From: Candidatus Aenigmatarchaeota archaeon | GTDB lineage: Archaea; Aenigmatarchaeota; Aenigmatarchaeia; CG10238-14; SCSR01 | Length of the DNA stretch: 64,000 nt | Direction: 5' to 3' | Assembly (NCBI GenBank): GCA_039091335.1 | Contig: JAWCME010000001.1 | Location: forward strand, 10,024 to 74,023 | Shown here: piece by piece, positions 18,677 to 28,872 of the stretch | Layout: each line of letters begins with the position of its first letter | Numbering within the stretch: position 1 is the first letter of the stretch | Notes under the pieces: generated by a model | What the model was told of the DNA's origin: nothing | What the model saw: only the letters and a program-made list of their open reading frames with translations | Database searches by the model: none | Position numbers and translations under genes: made by a program

Positions 18677-19960
18677 ATGGAAACAAAATTGAAAAGGGAG
18701 CTAGAATTTTTAGAAGTAACTCTATGCGGTATTGGAATAATTCTTGGCGCAGGAATTTATGTATTAATTGGAAAGGTTATTGGTGTTGCTGGAAATGCAG
18801 CGTGGCTCTCTTTCTTTATTTCTGCTTTAATGGCCTCGCTCACTGGATTGAGTTATGCTGAACTCTCCTCAATGTTTCCAAAGGCTGGAGCAGAATATGT
18901 ATATACAAAAAAGGCTTTTGGTCAAACCCTTGCATTTCTGATAGGATGGTTAATTTTATTGAGCGGAATAGTTGGCGGTGCAACTGTAGCAATGGGTTTT
19001 TCAGAATATTTTACGAGTATAATAAAATTACCAAAAATTTTGCTTTCCATTCTTGTCGTTTATTTTCTGTCTTTTATAATTTTTTCTGGAATAAAAGAAA
19101 GCGCAAAATTTATGGTGCTTTCAACGATTTTAGAGGTTTTTGGGTTACTATTAATAATCTTTATTGGCCTACCTTTTTTTGGGTCAGTAAACTATTTTGA
19201 GTTTAACCCAGAATTTGGAATAAGCGGTATATTCTCAGGAGCAGCCCTTATATTTTTTGCATACCTTGGTTTTGAGGAAATAGTAAAACTTTCAGAGGAG
19301 ACAAAAAGGGCAGAAACAATCATACCAAAGGCGTTGCTCTTCTCAATAGCAATAACAACACTGATTTATATATTGGTTGCAATTTCTGTTGTTAGCATAC
19401 CCGGAATAAAATGGGATGAATTAAATAAAGCCGAAGCACCTTTAAGTCTTGCTGCTTCAAAAATATTCGGAAAAAACGGGTTTTTGGTTGTTTGGTTTAT
19501 TTCGCTTTTTTCAACGGCAAATACTTGTCTTTTCATACTTTTAGCTGCTTCACGCATTATGTATGGAATGGCAACTGAAAATACTCTACCAAAAATTTTT
19601 TCAAAGGTTCACAAAAAGAGAAAAACTCCTTATTTAGCAATACTATTTGTTGCTGTTTTATCTTCTCTCTTTACTTTGAGCGAAAATATAAAGCTTGTTG
19701 CAGGCATGACAAACTTAAGTGTATTCTTAAGTTTTTTTGTGATAAACTCTTCGCTCATCTGGCTAAGAATAAAAAGACCTGAGATAAAAAGAAAATTTAA
19801 AATTCCGTTCAACATAGGAAGAATACCTGTTTTAACTGTTTTTTCTCTTCTGTTTTGTTCGTTCATGATATTTCAGTTAGAATTCAGCACAATTCTTTTA
19901 ACGCTAGCTGTAGCATTTCCTGGTCTTTTTTACAGTTTTTTGAGGAAAAAATTCAAATGA
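18677..19960 (+). CDS. amino acid permease (APC superfamily)
   Basis: 427 aa with about 12 TM helices; FAYLGFEEIVKLSEETK-type motif. Confidence 0.7.
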   Translation: METKLKRELEFLEVTLCGIGIILGAGIYVLIGKVIGVAGNAAWLSFFISALMASLTGLSYAELSSMFPKAGAEYVYTKKAFGQTLAFLIGWLILLSGIVGGATVAMGFSEYFTSIIKLPKILLSILVVYFLSFIIFSGIKESAKFMVLSTILEVFGLLLIIFIGLPFFGSVNYFEFNPEFGISGIFSGAALIFFAYLGFEEIVKLSEETKRAETIIPKALLFSIAITTLIYILVAISVVSIPGIKWDELNKAEAPLSLAASKIFGKNGFLVVWFISLFSTANTCLFILLAASRIMYGMATENTLPKIFSKVHKKRKTPYLAILFVAVLSSLFTLSENIKLVAGMTNLSVFLSFFVINSSLIWLRIKRPEIKRKFKIPFNIGRIPVLTVFSLLFCSFMIFQLEFSTILLTLAVAFPGLFYSFLRKKFK

Positions 19961-19961
19961 A

Positions 19962-21065
19962 CTACCTTGTTATTTGTTGTGCTCGAACGAACTCCAAAAG
20001 CTCTTTTGCTTCTCTGTTTTTTTCAAAATATCTTCTCACAGGATCAAGTATTTTTATTATCTCTTCTGCAACAGTGTTTTTTAAATCCAGTGGGTGTAGC
20101 TCACCGGCCCTAAAAGATTTCTCCAGTTCTTCATAGGAGTGAAATTCTATTGTTCCTATTCTTCTTTCAATCTCAATTGTTTTTTTCTTTCTAAATATTA
20201 TATATTTACAAATCTCAAGAATTGGGTTGTTTTTTATTTCTTTTTCAGGGCAAAATGCTCCAAGGATTTTTTTTCTGATTTCTTCTGGAGTATCATGGAT
20301 GAAAATACATGTTTTTGGTATGGATTTAGCCATTTTACTAGATATCTGTATATCCAAACTTATGTTTTCTTCAAATTTTCCCATTCTTGTTGGTCCCTGC
20401 AACCCGATTAGAAGATGATGATGAACGCATACTGGACTCCACCACCCAAGCTTCGGTCCAAGCTCATGAGAAAGTATTGTTGCCTTTCTTTGGTCCATCC
20501 CAAGTTGACAAATGTCAACTTCTAAATAGAATGGGTCTGCTGCTTGCATTGCTGGATAGAAAAGTTGGGCAGTATATTGCATTTCTGCCTCCCTTCTTCC
20601 CATTATTGTGGAGCATCTTATCATTCTTTCTATTGTTGTTGCTTTAGCTATAGAGATAACCTTTTTCCAATATTCTGGATCTTTTACAACATCGCTCGTC
20701 CAAACAATCTCGGCTTTTTTTAAGTCCGCTCCACACGCCTTCCAAGCTTCTATAAGATATTTTCCTGTATTTTTTATCTTTTCCAAGTCCCCTCCCATCT
20801 TGTTGTTTATCCAGGCGAACCAGTCTGCAACAAGAAACTTGAATCTTATTCCTGCATCTAGCAAGTCTTGAAGCTTAATGGCTCTAAGTAATCCTGAACC
20901 CAAATGAGCAATTGTGGCTGATTTAATTCAGTTTCCACTTGGCTCAAAACCATCATATGCAACTGGGCATGGATTTGTTTGCAAAAGTTCTCTTAGACCT
21001 TCTTCTGTAATTATTTCTTCTGTAGGTGGAAGTTTTATTAAATCTATTTTAGTTTCTATATCCAT
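19962..21065 (-). CDS. tyrS: tyrosyl-tRNA synthetase, interrupted by one in-frame TGA (20928-20930)
   Basis: Upstream of the ORF-track TTG the frame continues as MDIETKIDLIKLPPTEEIITEEGLRELLQTNPCPVAYDGFEPSGN*IKSATIAHLGSGLL.... The two halves together align along the whole archaeal TyrRS: GFEPSG...HLG, KMAKS, and a C-terminus very close to the M. jannaschii enzyme. Confidence 0.75.
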
Positions 21066-21189
21066 TTCTCTCCTCTTTATGTTGTTAACAAATTAAGAAT
21101 TTAAACCTGTTGTTTTGCTTAATTCAAATGTTTCAATATCTATTATTTTTATTTAAATTTCTCATTTTTGAATTATTATAAGTGTTAAA

Positions 21190-22449
21190 ATGATTAAACT
21201 AAATTTTCTTGGAGCAATTAGCAGTGTTGGTGCATCTGGCATATTAGTAGAGACAGAAGAAGAAAAAATTTTACTTGACTATGGAACTAAAATTCAAGAA
21301 ATTCCTCCAAAGTTTCCTTTAGCCATAGAAAAAAAACCAGACGCTATTTTTATTTCTCATTCCCATCTTGACCATGTTGGTGGGGTTCCGGTTTTTTTTA
21401 CAAAAAACAATTCTTGCCCCATATACGCAACATCTATTAGCAAGCCAATTACTGAATTGCTTTTACTAGATTCGATAAAAGTTAGTAGAGAGGAAGGGAT
21501 TGAGCTACCTTTTGATAAAGAAAGTGTTGATGCTACAATAAAAAATTTTTTGCCAATTAAATACGGAGAAATCGTTAAAATGAAAAAAACAAGGCTTGTG
21601 TTATTTGATGCTGGGCACATACCAGGAAGTGCTTTAATTTTCCTTGATTTTGGGAACAAAACCTTGCTTTATACTGGTGACTATAATACAAATGAAACGC
21701 GATTACTTAATGGGGCGAATCTAAACCTACCCAAAATTGATTTTTTGATAACAGAATCTACTTACAGCGATAGAAACCATCCAAAAAGGAAGACACAAGA
21801 AAAGGAACTTGTTAAAATAATAAGTGAAACTCTTTCTGTAGATGGAATTTGTATTATTGCGTGTTTTGCTGTAGCTAGAGCACAAGAAATACTTTTGGTT
21901 TTAGATAAATATGGTATAGATTATCCTCTTTATATCGACGGTATGGCAAAAAAGGCAACAACAATAATAAACCAATATTCTTCCTTTATCAAGGAACCCA
22001 ACAGCCTAAACGACGCATTGGATAAAATAAAATATGTTGACAACAGAATGAGGAAAAAAATAGTAAGAGACCCGTGCGTAATAATTACCTCCAGTGGGAT
22101 GTTATCTGGTGGTCCAATTTCATATTATATTGAAAGATTGCATGAAAAAATAAATTGCAGCTTGGTTTTAACAGGATACCAAGTGGAGGGTTCTCCAGGA
22201 AAAACTCTTCTAGAAACCGGAAAATATATCACAAAAAAATTGAATTTGGAAGTAAAAATGTTTGTTAAACGTCTTGATTTTAGTTCTCATGTTGGAAGGG
22301 ATGAATTATTCAAATCAATAGAAAAAATGTCACCAGAAAAAATTTTTTGTGTTCATGGTGATCATACAGAAGAGTTTGCTTCTGAGCTTAGAGAAAGGGG
22401 ATTTGATGCAATAGCCCCTTTGGCGAATAACAGAGTTTTTACAATTTAA
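21190..22449 (+). CDS. beta-CASP metallo-beta-lactamase ribonuclease (KH-less aCPSF2-like)
   Basis: HSHLDHVGG MBL motif, beta-CASP region, C-terminal FSSHVGRDEL and VHGDH. Confidence 0.6.
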   Translation: MIKLNFLGAISSVGASGILVETEEEKILLDYGTKIQEIPPKFPLAIEKKPDAIFISHSHLDHVGGVPVFFTKNNSCPIYATSISKPITELLLLDSIKVSREEGIELPFDKESVDATIKNFLPIKYGEIVKMKKTRLVLFDAGHIPGSALIFLDFGNKTLLYTGDYNTNETRLLNGANLNLPKIDFLITESTYSDRNHPKRKTQEKELVKIISETLSVDGICIIACFAVARAQEILLVLDKYGIDYPLYIDGMAKKATTIINQYSSFIKEPNSLNDALDKIKYVDNRMRKKIVRDPCVIITSSGMLSGGPISYYIERLHEKINCSLVLTGYQVEGSPGKTLLETGKYITKKLNLEVKMFVKRLDFSSHVGRDELFKSIEKMSPEKIFCVHGDHTEEFASELRERGFDAIAPLANNRVFTI

Positions 22450-22503
22450 TTATTTACTAAAAAATAGTAACATTTAAATAATTATCACTAATAAATAGTA
22501 ACT

Positions 22504-22773
22504 ATGGGTTTAGATGAACAGATAAAAACATGCTCTTATCACTATCAAAAATGGAAGGCTCTAGCACTCTCCTCAAAAAATTCAGAGGAAAGTAGAAAAT
22601 GCTTAGAAAGGGCATTTTTTTGGATTGAGCTACAAACAGCATTCATAACCTTGTTTGCAATGGAAAAAATAGGAAAGGAAGACCCAAACATAAGGTCAAA
22701 AATAATATCTGCAAAAGCAAACCTATCAAAAAGACTTGTTGAATATGCTAGGGAAATTTTAAAAGATTTGTGA
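22504..22773 (+). CDS. hypothetical protein (89 aa)
   Basis: ORF only. Confidence 0.3.
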   Translation: MGLDEQIKTCSYHYQKWKALALSSKNSEESRKCLERAFFWIELQTAFITLFAMEKIGKEDPNIRSKIISAKANLSKRLVEYAREILKDL

Positions 22774-22810
22774 GCTAATTCTTATTTTCAAAAAATTAAA
22801 TTATTATTTA

Positions 22811-23989
22811 ATGGTAGAAAAGAAAAAAAAAGTTATTTTTCTTGTAATAGATGGTTTGGCCGATCTTCCAATAGACAAAAAAACTCCTTTGAGTGAGTCG
22901 GAAAAACCTAATATGAACTATTTTGCAAAGAATGGTGTTGTTGGAGAGCTTAGGCTTGTTCCAAAAAATATTGAAGTAGCAAGCCATATAGCAAACATTT
23001 CCCTTCTTGGGTATAACCCGAAAAAATATTATCTCAAAAGGGGTCCACTAGAGGCAATTGGAGCAAATATACCATATACACAAGGAAACCTTGCTTTGAG
23101 ATGTAACTTTGCTACTGTTGATAAAGAGTTAATAGTAAAGGATAGGAGGGCCGGAAGAAGTACTTATGGTTTGGATGAGCTTGCAAGATACATAAACGAA
23201 AACGTTAAATTAGAAGTCCCGTTTGTTCTTATGAGAACTTATGGCCATAGGGCTGTTTTAGTTATAAAGATGGATTTAAGCGACAATATAACTGACAGCG
23301 ATCCAGAAGTTAGCGGAGAAAGGGTAAGAAAAATAAGCGCATTTAGCAATGATGCATTGATTTCTGCAAAGATTGTGCAAGAGTTTTTAGACAAATCACA
23401 TGAAATAATAGAGTATCATCCAATAAACGCAGAAAGGATCGCAAGAGGGATTCCTCCCGCAAATTATATTTTAACAAGGGACGCTGGAAATAGGGTTTGT
23501 CAACTTCCAAGTTTTTTAAAGAAGCATGGGATAAATAAGGCTGTTTGTATAGCTGAAAACGGTGTGATGAAGGCCACATGTATGCTAGCTGGATTTGATT
23601 CGATAACGATAAAGGAAACTGGATTTGAAGAAGGATTAAAACTTGTTTTTGATAACATAGAAACTTCTTTGCCCGAGTATGATTTTGTATATGCACATAT
23701 CAAAGGTGTTGATGAATCAGCACATGACGGAAAGTTTGAAGAAAAAAAGGAAAGGATTGAAAGAATAGATGAGATGCTTGAAGATTTTAAAAATTTTAAG
23801 GGAATTCTTGTCATAACTTGCGATCACATAACATCTTGTGAAAAGAAAAGCCATACTCATGGTCCTGTGCCTGTCCTCGTTTTTGGAAAGGGCAAAGATA
23901 GAATAAAAACTTTTGACGAGTTTTCTGTTAAAAATGGGAAGCTTAGAAATATTACTGGGAAGGAACTAATGGAATACATCTTCAAATAG
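22811..23989 (+). CDS. apgM: cofactor-independent phosphoglycerate mutase, archaeal type
   Basis: 392 aa; N-terminal VIFLVIDGLADLP; adjacent to enolase. Confidence 0.7.
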   Translation: MVEKKKKVIFLVIDGLADLPIDKKTPLSESEKPNMNYFAKNGVVGELRLVPKNIEVASHIANISLLGYNPKKYYLKRGPLEAIGANIPYTQGNLALRCNFATVDKELIVKDRRAGRSTYGLDELARYINENVKLEVPFVLMRTYGHRAVLVIKMDLSDNITDSDPEVSGERVRKISAFSNDALISAKIVQEFLDKSHEIIEYHPINAERIARGIPPANYILTRDAGNRVCQLPSFLKKHGINKAVCIAENGVMKATCMLAGFDSITIKETGFEEGLKLVFDNIETSLPEYDFVYAHIKGVDESAHDGKFEEKKERIERIDEMLEDFKNFKGILVITCDHITSCEKKSHTHGPVPVLVFGKGKDRIKTFDEFSVKNGKLRNITGKELMEYIFK

Positions 23990-24027
23990 TTAAATCTAAA
24001 TTAAACAGAAAAATAATTAATTAAAGA

Positions 24028-25200
24028 ATGATTGTAAGAGATTTGAAAATTAGGGAGATATTCGCAACTAACTCCCAGAGAACAATCGAAATAGAAATAG
24101 AAACACCAAAAGGTACAGTCAGGAGTTCTGTACCGATAGGAACGAGTAGGGGTATTCATGAAGTCGTTTTTCTAAGTGTTGAGGATGTGATAAGAAAGTT
24201 TCTACTTATAAAAAAACATTTTATTTCAGATTTTATTGACCAAGAAGATGTTGATTCTACATTGAGGATAATAGACAAAACACCAAACTTTAAGGAAATA
24301 GGAGGAAATTTAGCTATAGCCATATCTTCTGCTTTTCTTAAAGCCTTTGCATTAGACGAGGGTAAAGATGTTTTTGAATTCCTGCTCAAAGGAGAGGTAA
24401 AGATACCAAAACCGATTTGCAATGTTGTTGGAGGATGGGCAGGAACAGGAGCTAGTGACATACAGGAATATTTGCTTTTACCGGTACATCAAACCTCATT
24501 CCTTGAGAATATTAAAAAGATTTCTGATTGTTACATAAAAATAGGAAAAGAATTGAAAGAAAAAGACAGAACATTTGTTTTTGCAAAAAATTTAGAATCT
24601 GCGTGGGTAACTTCTCTGTCCGTAGAAAAAACTCTTGATATAATCCACAAAATTGCAAACGAAAACCTATTAAGAATTGGGTTAGACGTTGCGGCGTCTC
24701 AGCTTTGGGACGGAAGTTTTTATGTTTATTCGGGTTCAGGAAAAAAATACAATAGAACTGAACAAATATCTTTTTTAGAGGATTTGGTGAATAGGTATAA
24801 AATACTCTATATAGAAGATCCATTTCATGAAGAAGATCTTATAGGCTTTAGCACACTTACACATAGACTTAGCCCAAGAATAGTTTGCGGGGATGATATA
24901 TACGCTACAAACCTAAAAAGACTTAAAATTGGAATAGAACACAAAGCAACAAATGCAATAATAATTAAACCAAACCAGGTTGGAACAATAAGTGACGTGA
25001 TTAATGTTGTGAAGGAAGCTAAGAAGAATAAAATACTAACCGTTGTCTCACATAGATCAGGGGAGACAGAGGACACTCTTATATGTCATTTGGCCGTTGG
25101 TCTTGGTTGCGACTATATAAAACTTGGGATAAGTGGAGAAAGAACAGTAAAAATAAACGAGATGATAAGGATAGAAGAAAAAATAACAAAAGAATCATAG
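24028..25200 (+). CDS. eno: enolase
   Basis: Signature VVSHRSGETEDTLICHLAVG (enolase SHRSGETED motif). Confidence 0.8.
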   Translation: MIVRDLKIREIFATNSQRTIEIEIETPKGTVRSSVPIGTSRGIHEVVFLSVEDVIRKFLLIKKHFISDFIDQEDVDSTLRIIDKTPNFKEIGGNLAIAISSAFLKAFALDEGKDVFEFLLKGEVKIPKPICNVVGGWAGTGASDIQEYLLLPVHQTSFLENIKKISDCYIKIGKELKEKDRTFVFAKNLESAWVTSLSVEKTLDIIHKIANENLLRIGLDVAASQLWDGSFYVYSGSGKKYNRTEQISFLEDLVNRYKILYIEDPFHEEDLIGFSTLTHRLSPRIVCGDDIYATNLKRLKIGIEHKATNAIIIKPNQVGTISDVINVVKEAKKNKILTVVSHRSGETEDTLICHLAVGLGCDYIKLGISGERTVKINEMIRIEEKITKES

Positions 25201-25228
25201 CTAATTATTTACAAAATAAAATTATTTT

Positions 25229-27880
25229 GTGAAAAAGGACTGGCATACAAGAAGAATAAATGAATTATTCCAATACCTATATACTTCTGAAGAGGGGTTG
25301 AGCGAAAAAGAAGCTAAAGAAAGATTGAAAAAATTTGGTACAAACGAAATAATAAGGAAGAAAAGGTTTTCCTCAATTTTAATTTTTTTTAGGCAGTTTA
25401 AAAGCTTTCTTGTATTTTTGTTGATAGCTGCGGCAACAATATCTTTTTTGTTGGGAAAAAAAGATGATGGTATAATTATCTCTGCTGTAATTTTCATCAA
25501 CACAGTAATAGGGTTTTTACAAGAATATAAGGCAGAAAAAACAATGGAAGCAATTAAAAATTTGACAGTACAAAAAACTAGGGTAATAAGAGAAGGAAAG
25601 GAAAAAATTATTCCGTCAAAGTTTCTTGTTCCTGGAGATATTATAGTGGTGGAAGAGGGAAACAAAATTCCGGCAGATTCGAGAATTATTGAAAGTATAA
25701 ATTTAATGGTAGACGAATCGGCATTAACAGGAGAATCTATACCTGTTGAGAAGGAAGCAAAGATTTTGGATGACATTCCTTTACAAGAAAGGAAGAATAT
25801 GCTGTTTCTTGGGACAATGGTCGTATACGGGAGAGGAAAGGCCGTTGTTGTGGACACAGGAATGCAGACAGAGCTTGGAAGAATTGCGGGAATGATAGAG
25901 ACAGAGGAAAAACAAACCCCATTGCAAGCTAGGATTGAAGAATTGGGGAAATGGCTTGTTTTTATAGCAGTCTTTTTTTCTTCGCTTATATTTTTATTTG
26001 GAGTGATTGCGAAGAAAGAGCTTTATCAACTTTTTTTCACAGCAATTGCACTATCCGTTTCTGCCGTCCCAGAAGGATTGCCTGCCGTGGTGACAATTAC
26101 ATTAGCATTGGGTGTTAATAGAATGAGCAAAAAAAATGCAATAATAAGGAAGATTTCAGCAGTAGAAACTCTAGGGTGCACTACAGTAATAGCTACTGAT
26201 AAAACAGGAACAATAACAAGCAATGAAATGACTGTAAGAAAGATTTTTGTTAAAAATAAAACTGTAGAGGTTAGTGGGATTGGTTTTGAACCTTATGGAG
26301 ATTTTTATGTTGAAGGTAAAAAGATAAATCCAAGAGAAGATTCTTCATTAAACTTAATTTTAGAAGCTTGTGTACTTTGTAATAGTGCATCAATATTAAG
26401 AAATGGAAATTGGCTGTTTCTTGGAGACCCAATGGATAGGGCGCTTCTCGTTTTATCTGCAAAGGCTGGTATATGGAAGAATGAACTTGAAAAAAAATAC
26501 GAAAAGGTTGTAGAAATACCTTTTTCCTCTGAAAGAAAGTTGATGGTCGTTGTTTATTCAAAAAAAGATGAGAGTTTTATATACGTAAAAGGTGTTCCAG
26601 AAAAAATTCTAGAAATTTGTAGTTTTGTTCATGAAGAGGGCAAAATGACACCAAAAAGAAGAAAAGAGTTGGATGAAGAGATAAGAAAAATGGCTAGGGA
26701 CGGATTAAGAGTAATAGGAATTGCATATAAAAAGGTTAGTGGAAAAGTTTTTTCTACAAAAGAAGTGGATATAAAAGATTTGGCTTTTCTTGGGTTTTTA
26801 GGAATGCAAGACCCTCCTAGAGAAAACATAAGAGAGGCCATTGAAAAATGTAACCAGGCTGGAATAAGAGTTATTATGCTAACAGGAGACCACAAGGAGA
26901 CAGCATCCAAAATAGCAAAAGAGGTTGGAATATTAGAAAGTGAAAAAATAGTCACAGGAAATGAACTTGATAAAATGAGTGAAGAGGAAATTAAAGATGT
27001 AGTCGGGAAAGTAAATGTATATGCAAGGGTTTTGCCGGAACATAAGCTAAAAATAGTTAGGTCCTTGAGGGAAAGAGGAGAAATTGTGGCTGTTACTGGT
27101 GATGGTGTGAACGATGCTCCTGCTTTAAAAGAGGCTGATCTTGGTATAGCAATGGGAATTAGGGGAACTGATGTAGCAAAAGAGGCAAGCGATATAATAT
27201 TAACAGATGACAACTTTATAACCATTGTTTCTGCAGTTGAAGAAGGAAGAAAAATTTATGATAATATAAGAAAATCCTTAAGATATGCTTTATCTGTAAA
27301 CTTTAGTGAAATATTTTTGATATTAACATCCATATTGGTTGGTCTTCCATTACCATTACTTCCAATTCAAATACTTTGGCTAAACCTTATAACAGACACT
27401 CTTCCTGCCCTGTCTTTGTCTGTAGAAAAGGGAGATGAGTATATATTAAAAAGAAAACCAAGAAACCCAAAGGAATCTATTTTTCATGGAATGACTGTTT
27501 TTATGATTGCTGCTGGCTCACTTTGCTTTCTAGTTGAATTTTTTGTTTTTGTTTTTCAATTATACAGGTCTGTTTCGTTTACATATACAGAAATAGCAAA
27601 GGCAAGAACGATGTGCCTTAGCGTTGCTGTGATGTTTGAACTATTCTTTGTTTTCAACTGCAGGTTAGAAAGGGGTTCTATCTTTAAAACAAACCCATTT
27701 TCAAACAAATATTTATTGGTCTCAGTCATAATTTCATTTTTATTGCACTTATCAATAATCTATTTCCCACCCTTCAGTCATTTTCTTAATACAGTTCCAT
27801 TGGGATTGAATGAATTTGTTTTGATTGTTTTGCTATCATCTTTATCGCTTATTCTTTCTCCTTCTGTTTTCTTGTATTAA
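25229..27880 (+). CDS. P-type cation-transporting ATPase (Ca2+-type, P2)
   Basis: 883 aa; DKTGTIT phosphorylation motif, TGDHKETA, GDGVNDAPALKEADLG. Confidence 0.85.
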   Translation: MKKDWHTRRINELFQYLYTSEEGLSEKEAKERLKKFGTNEIIRKKRFSSILIFFRQFKSFLVFLLIAAATISFLLGKKDDGIIISAVIFINTVIGFLQEYKAEKTMEAIKNLTVQKTRVIREGKEKIIPSKFLVPGDIIVVEEGNKIPADSRIIESINLMVDESALTGESIPVEKEAKILDDIPLQERKNMLFLGTMVVYGRGKAVVVDTGMQTELGRIAGMIETEEKQTPLQARIEELGKWLVFIAVFFSSLIFLFGVIAKKELYQLFFTAIALSVSAVPEGLPAVVTITLALGVNRMSKKNAIIRKISAVETLGCTTVIATDKTGTITSNEMTVRKIFVKNKTVEVSGIGFEPYGDFYVEGKKINPREDSSLNLILEACVLCNSASILRNGNWLFLGDPMDRALLVLSAKAGIWKNELEKKYEKVVEIPFSSERKLMVVVYSKKDESFIYVKGVPEKILEICSFVHEEGKMTPKRRKELDEEIRKMARDGLRVIGIAYKKVSGKVFSTKEVDIKDLAFLGFLGMQDPPRENIREAIEKCNQAGIRVIMLTGDHKETASKIAKEVGILESEKIVTGNELDKMSEEEIKDVVGKVNVYARVLPEHKLKIVRSLRERGEIVAVTGDGVNDAPALKEADLGIAMGIRGTDVAKEASDIILTDDNFITIVSAVEEGRKIYDNIRKSLRYALSVNFSEIFLILTSILVGLPLPLLPIQILWLNLITDTLPALSLSVEKGDEYILKRKPRNPKESIFHGMTVFMIAAGSLCFLVEFFVFVFQLYRSVSFTYTEIAKARTMCLSVAVMFELFFVFNCRLERGSIFKTNPFSNKYLLVSVIISFLLHLSIIYFPPFSHFLNTVPLGLNEFVLIVLLSSLSLILSPSVFLY

Positions 27881-27912
27881 ATAAGAAATTGTAAAAAAAT
27901 AAATAGAATTTA

Positions 27913-28872
27913 ATGGAGCTCATATTTCAGATTTTAATCTTTTTTACCTCCATCATAATACTTTCAGTAGGTAGCAATGTAGTTGTTAAATCAGCTGAAA
28001 AATTTGCAAGAATAACAAAACTTGGAGATTTGGTTATTGGTTTTATAGTTTTGTCCATAGTAACAACAACACCAGAACTTGCCATCTCATTTTCATCCAT
28101 TACCTCTGGTGACATAGAAATACTAATTAGTAATCTTTTTGGCTCTAATATTACTGTAATCTCATTGGTTATTGGAATTGCTTCCATAGTTTCTCCTATA
28201 ACAATTGTAATAAGGAGGAAAGAATTGAAATCTTTGTCTTTAATGGTTTTTCTTTCCTCACTCCTTTCTTTGATGTTTTTTTGGTTAGGAGAAATCGGAA
28301 AGTTTGTTGGAATATTCCTAATTTCAACGTTCTTTTACTTTTCTTACTATTCTGTGAAGAAAAAAGTTACGATTCAGGAAATAAAGGAAGAGCTTAATAC
28401 AGGAAAAATATATTCAACAGCTCTTACTCTCTGCTTAGGAATTTTTATTGTGATGATAAGTGCTAGGTTTGTTGTTATTTCTACTTCTAACATAGCTGAC
28501 ATAACAGGAATAAAAGAATCTGTCATAGGAGCTACTATAATATCCTTTGGGTGTTCAATACCAGAGTTCTCTATAACAGTTACCGCGGCAAAGAAGAAAA
28601 AGATAAACTTGGCGCTTGGAACTGCAATGGGGTCTTGCTTGACAAGACTTACGCTTGTTCTTGGTGTATCACTACTTTTGATTCCTTTTATTATAGATGT
28701 AACTATATTCTCAACCTTAATAACATTTTGCCTTCTTTCAACCATATTGCTATGGCATTTTATTGGGGACGGAAAAATACAAATAAAAGAAGGTTTAATT
28801 CTTCTCTTGATCTATGTATTTTTCATTCTCACAACATGCGGTGTTCAAATTTCTATGTTTGTTGGTACTTAA
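27913..28872 (+). CDS. Na+/Ca2+ exchanger family protein (CaCA, YrbG-like)
   Basis: Two alpha-repeat motifs (GSNITVISLVIG and GATIISFGCSIPEFSITVTAA); 10 TM. Confidence 0.7.
   Translation: MELIFQILIFFTSIIILSVGSNVVVKSAEKFARITKLGDLVIGFIVLSIVTTTPELAISFSSITSGDIEILISNLFGSNITVISLVIGIASIVSPITIVIRRKELKSLSLMVFLSSLLSLMFFWLGEIGKFVGIFLISTFFYFSYYSVKKKVTIQEIKEELNTGKIYSTALTLCLGIFIVMISARFVVISTSNIADITGIKESVIGATIISFGCSIPEFSITVTAAKKKKINLALGTAMGSCLTRLTLVLGVSLLLIPFIIDVTIFSTLITFCLLSTILLWHFIGDGKIQIKEGLILLLIYVFFILTTCGVQISMFVGT

Noticed and set aside
26629-27225. Minus-strand 198-aa ORF inside the P-type ATPase gene
   Set aside because: Antisense shadow ORF of a strongly supported gene.
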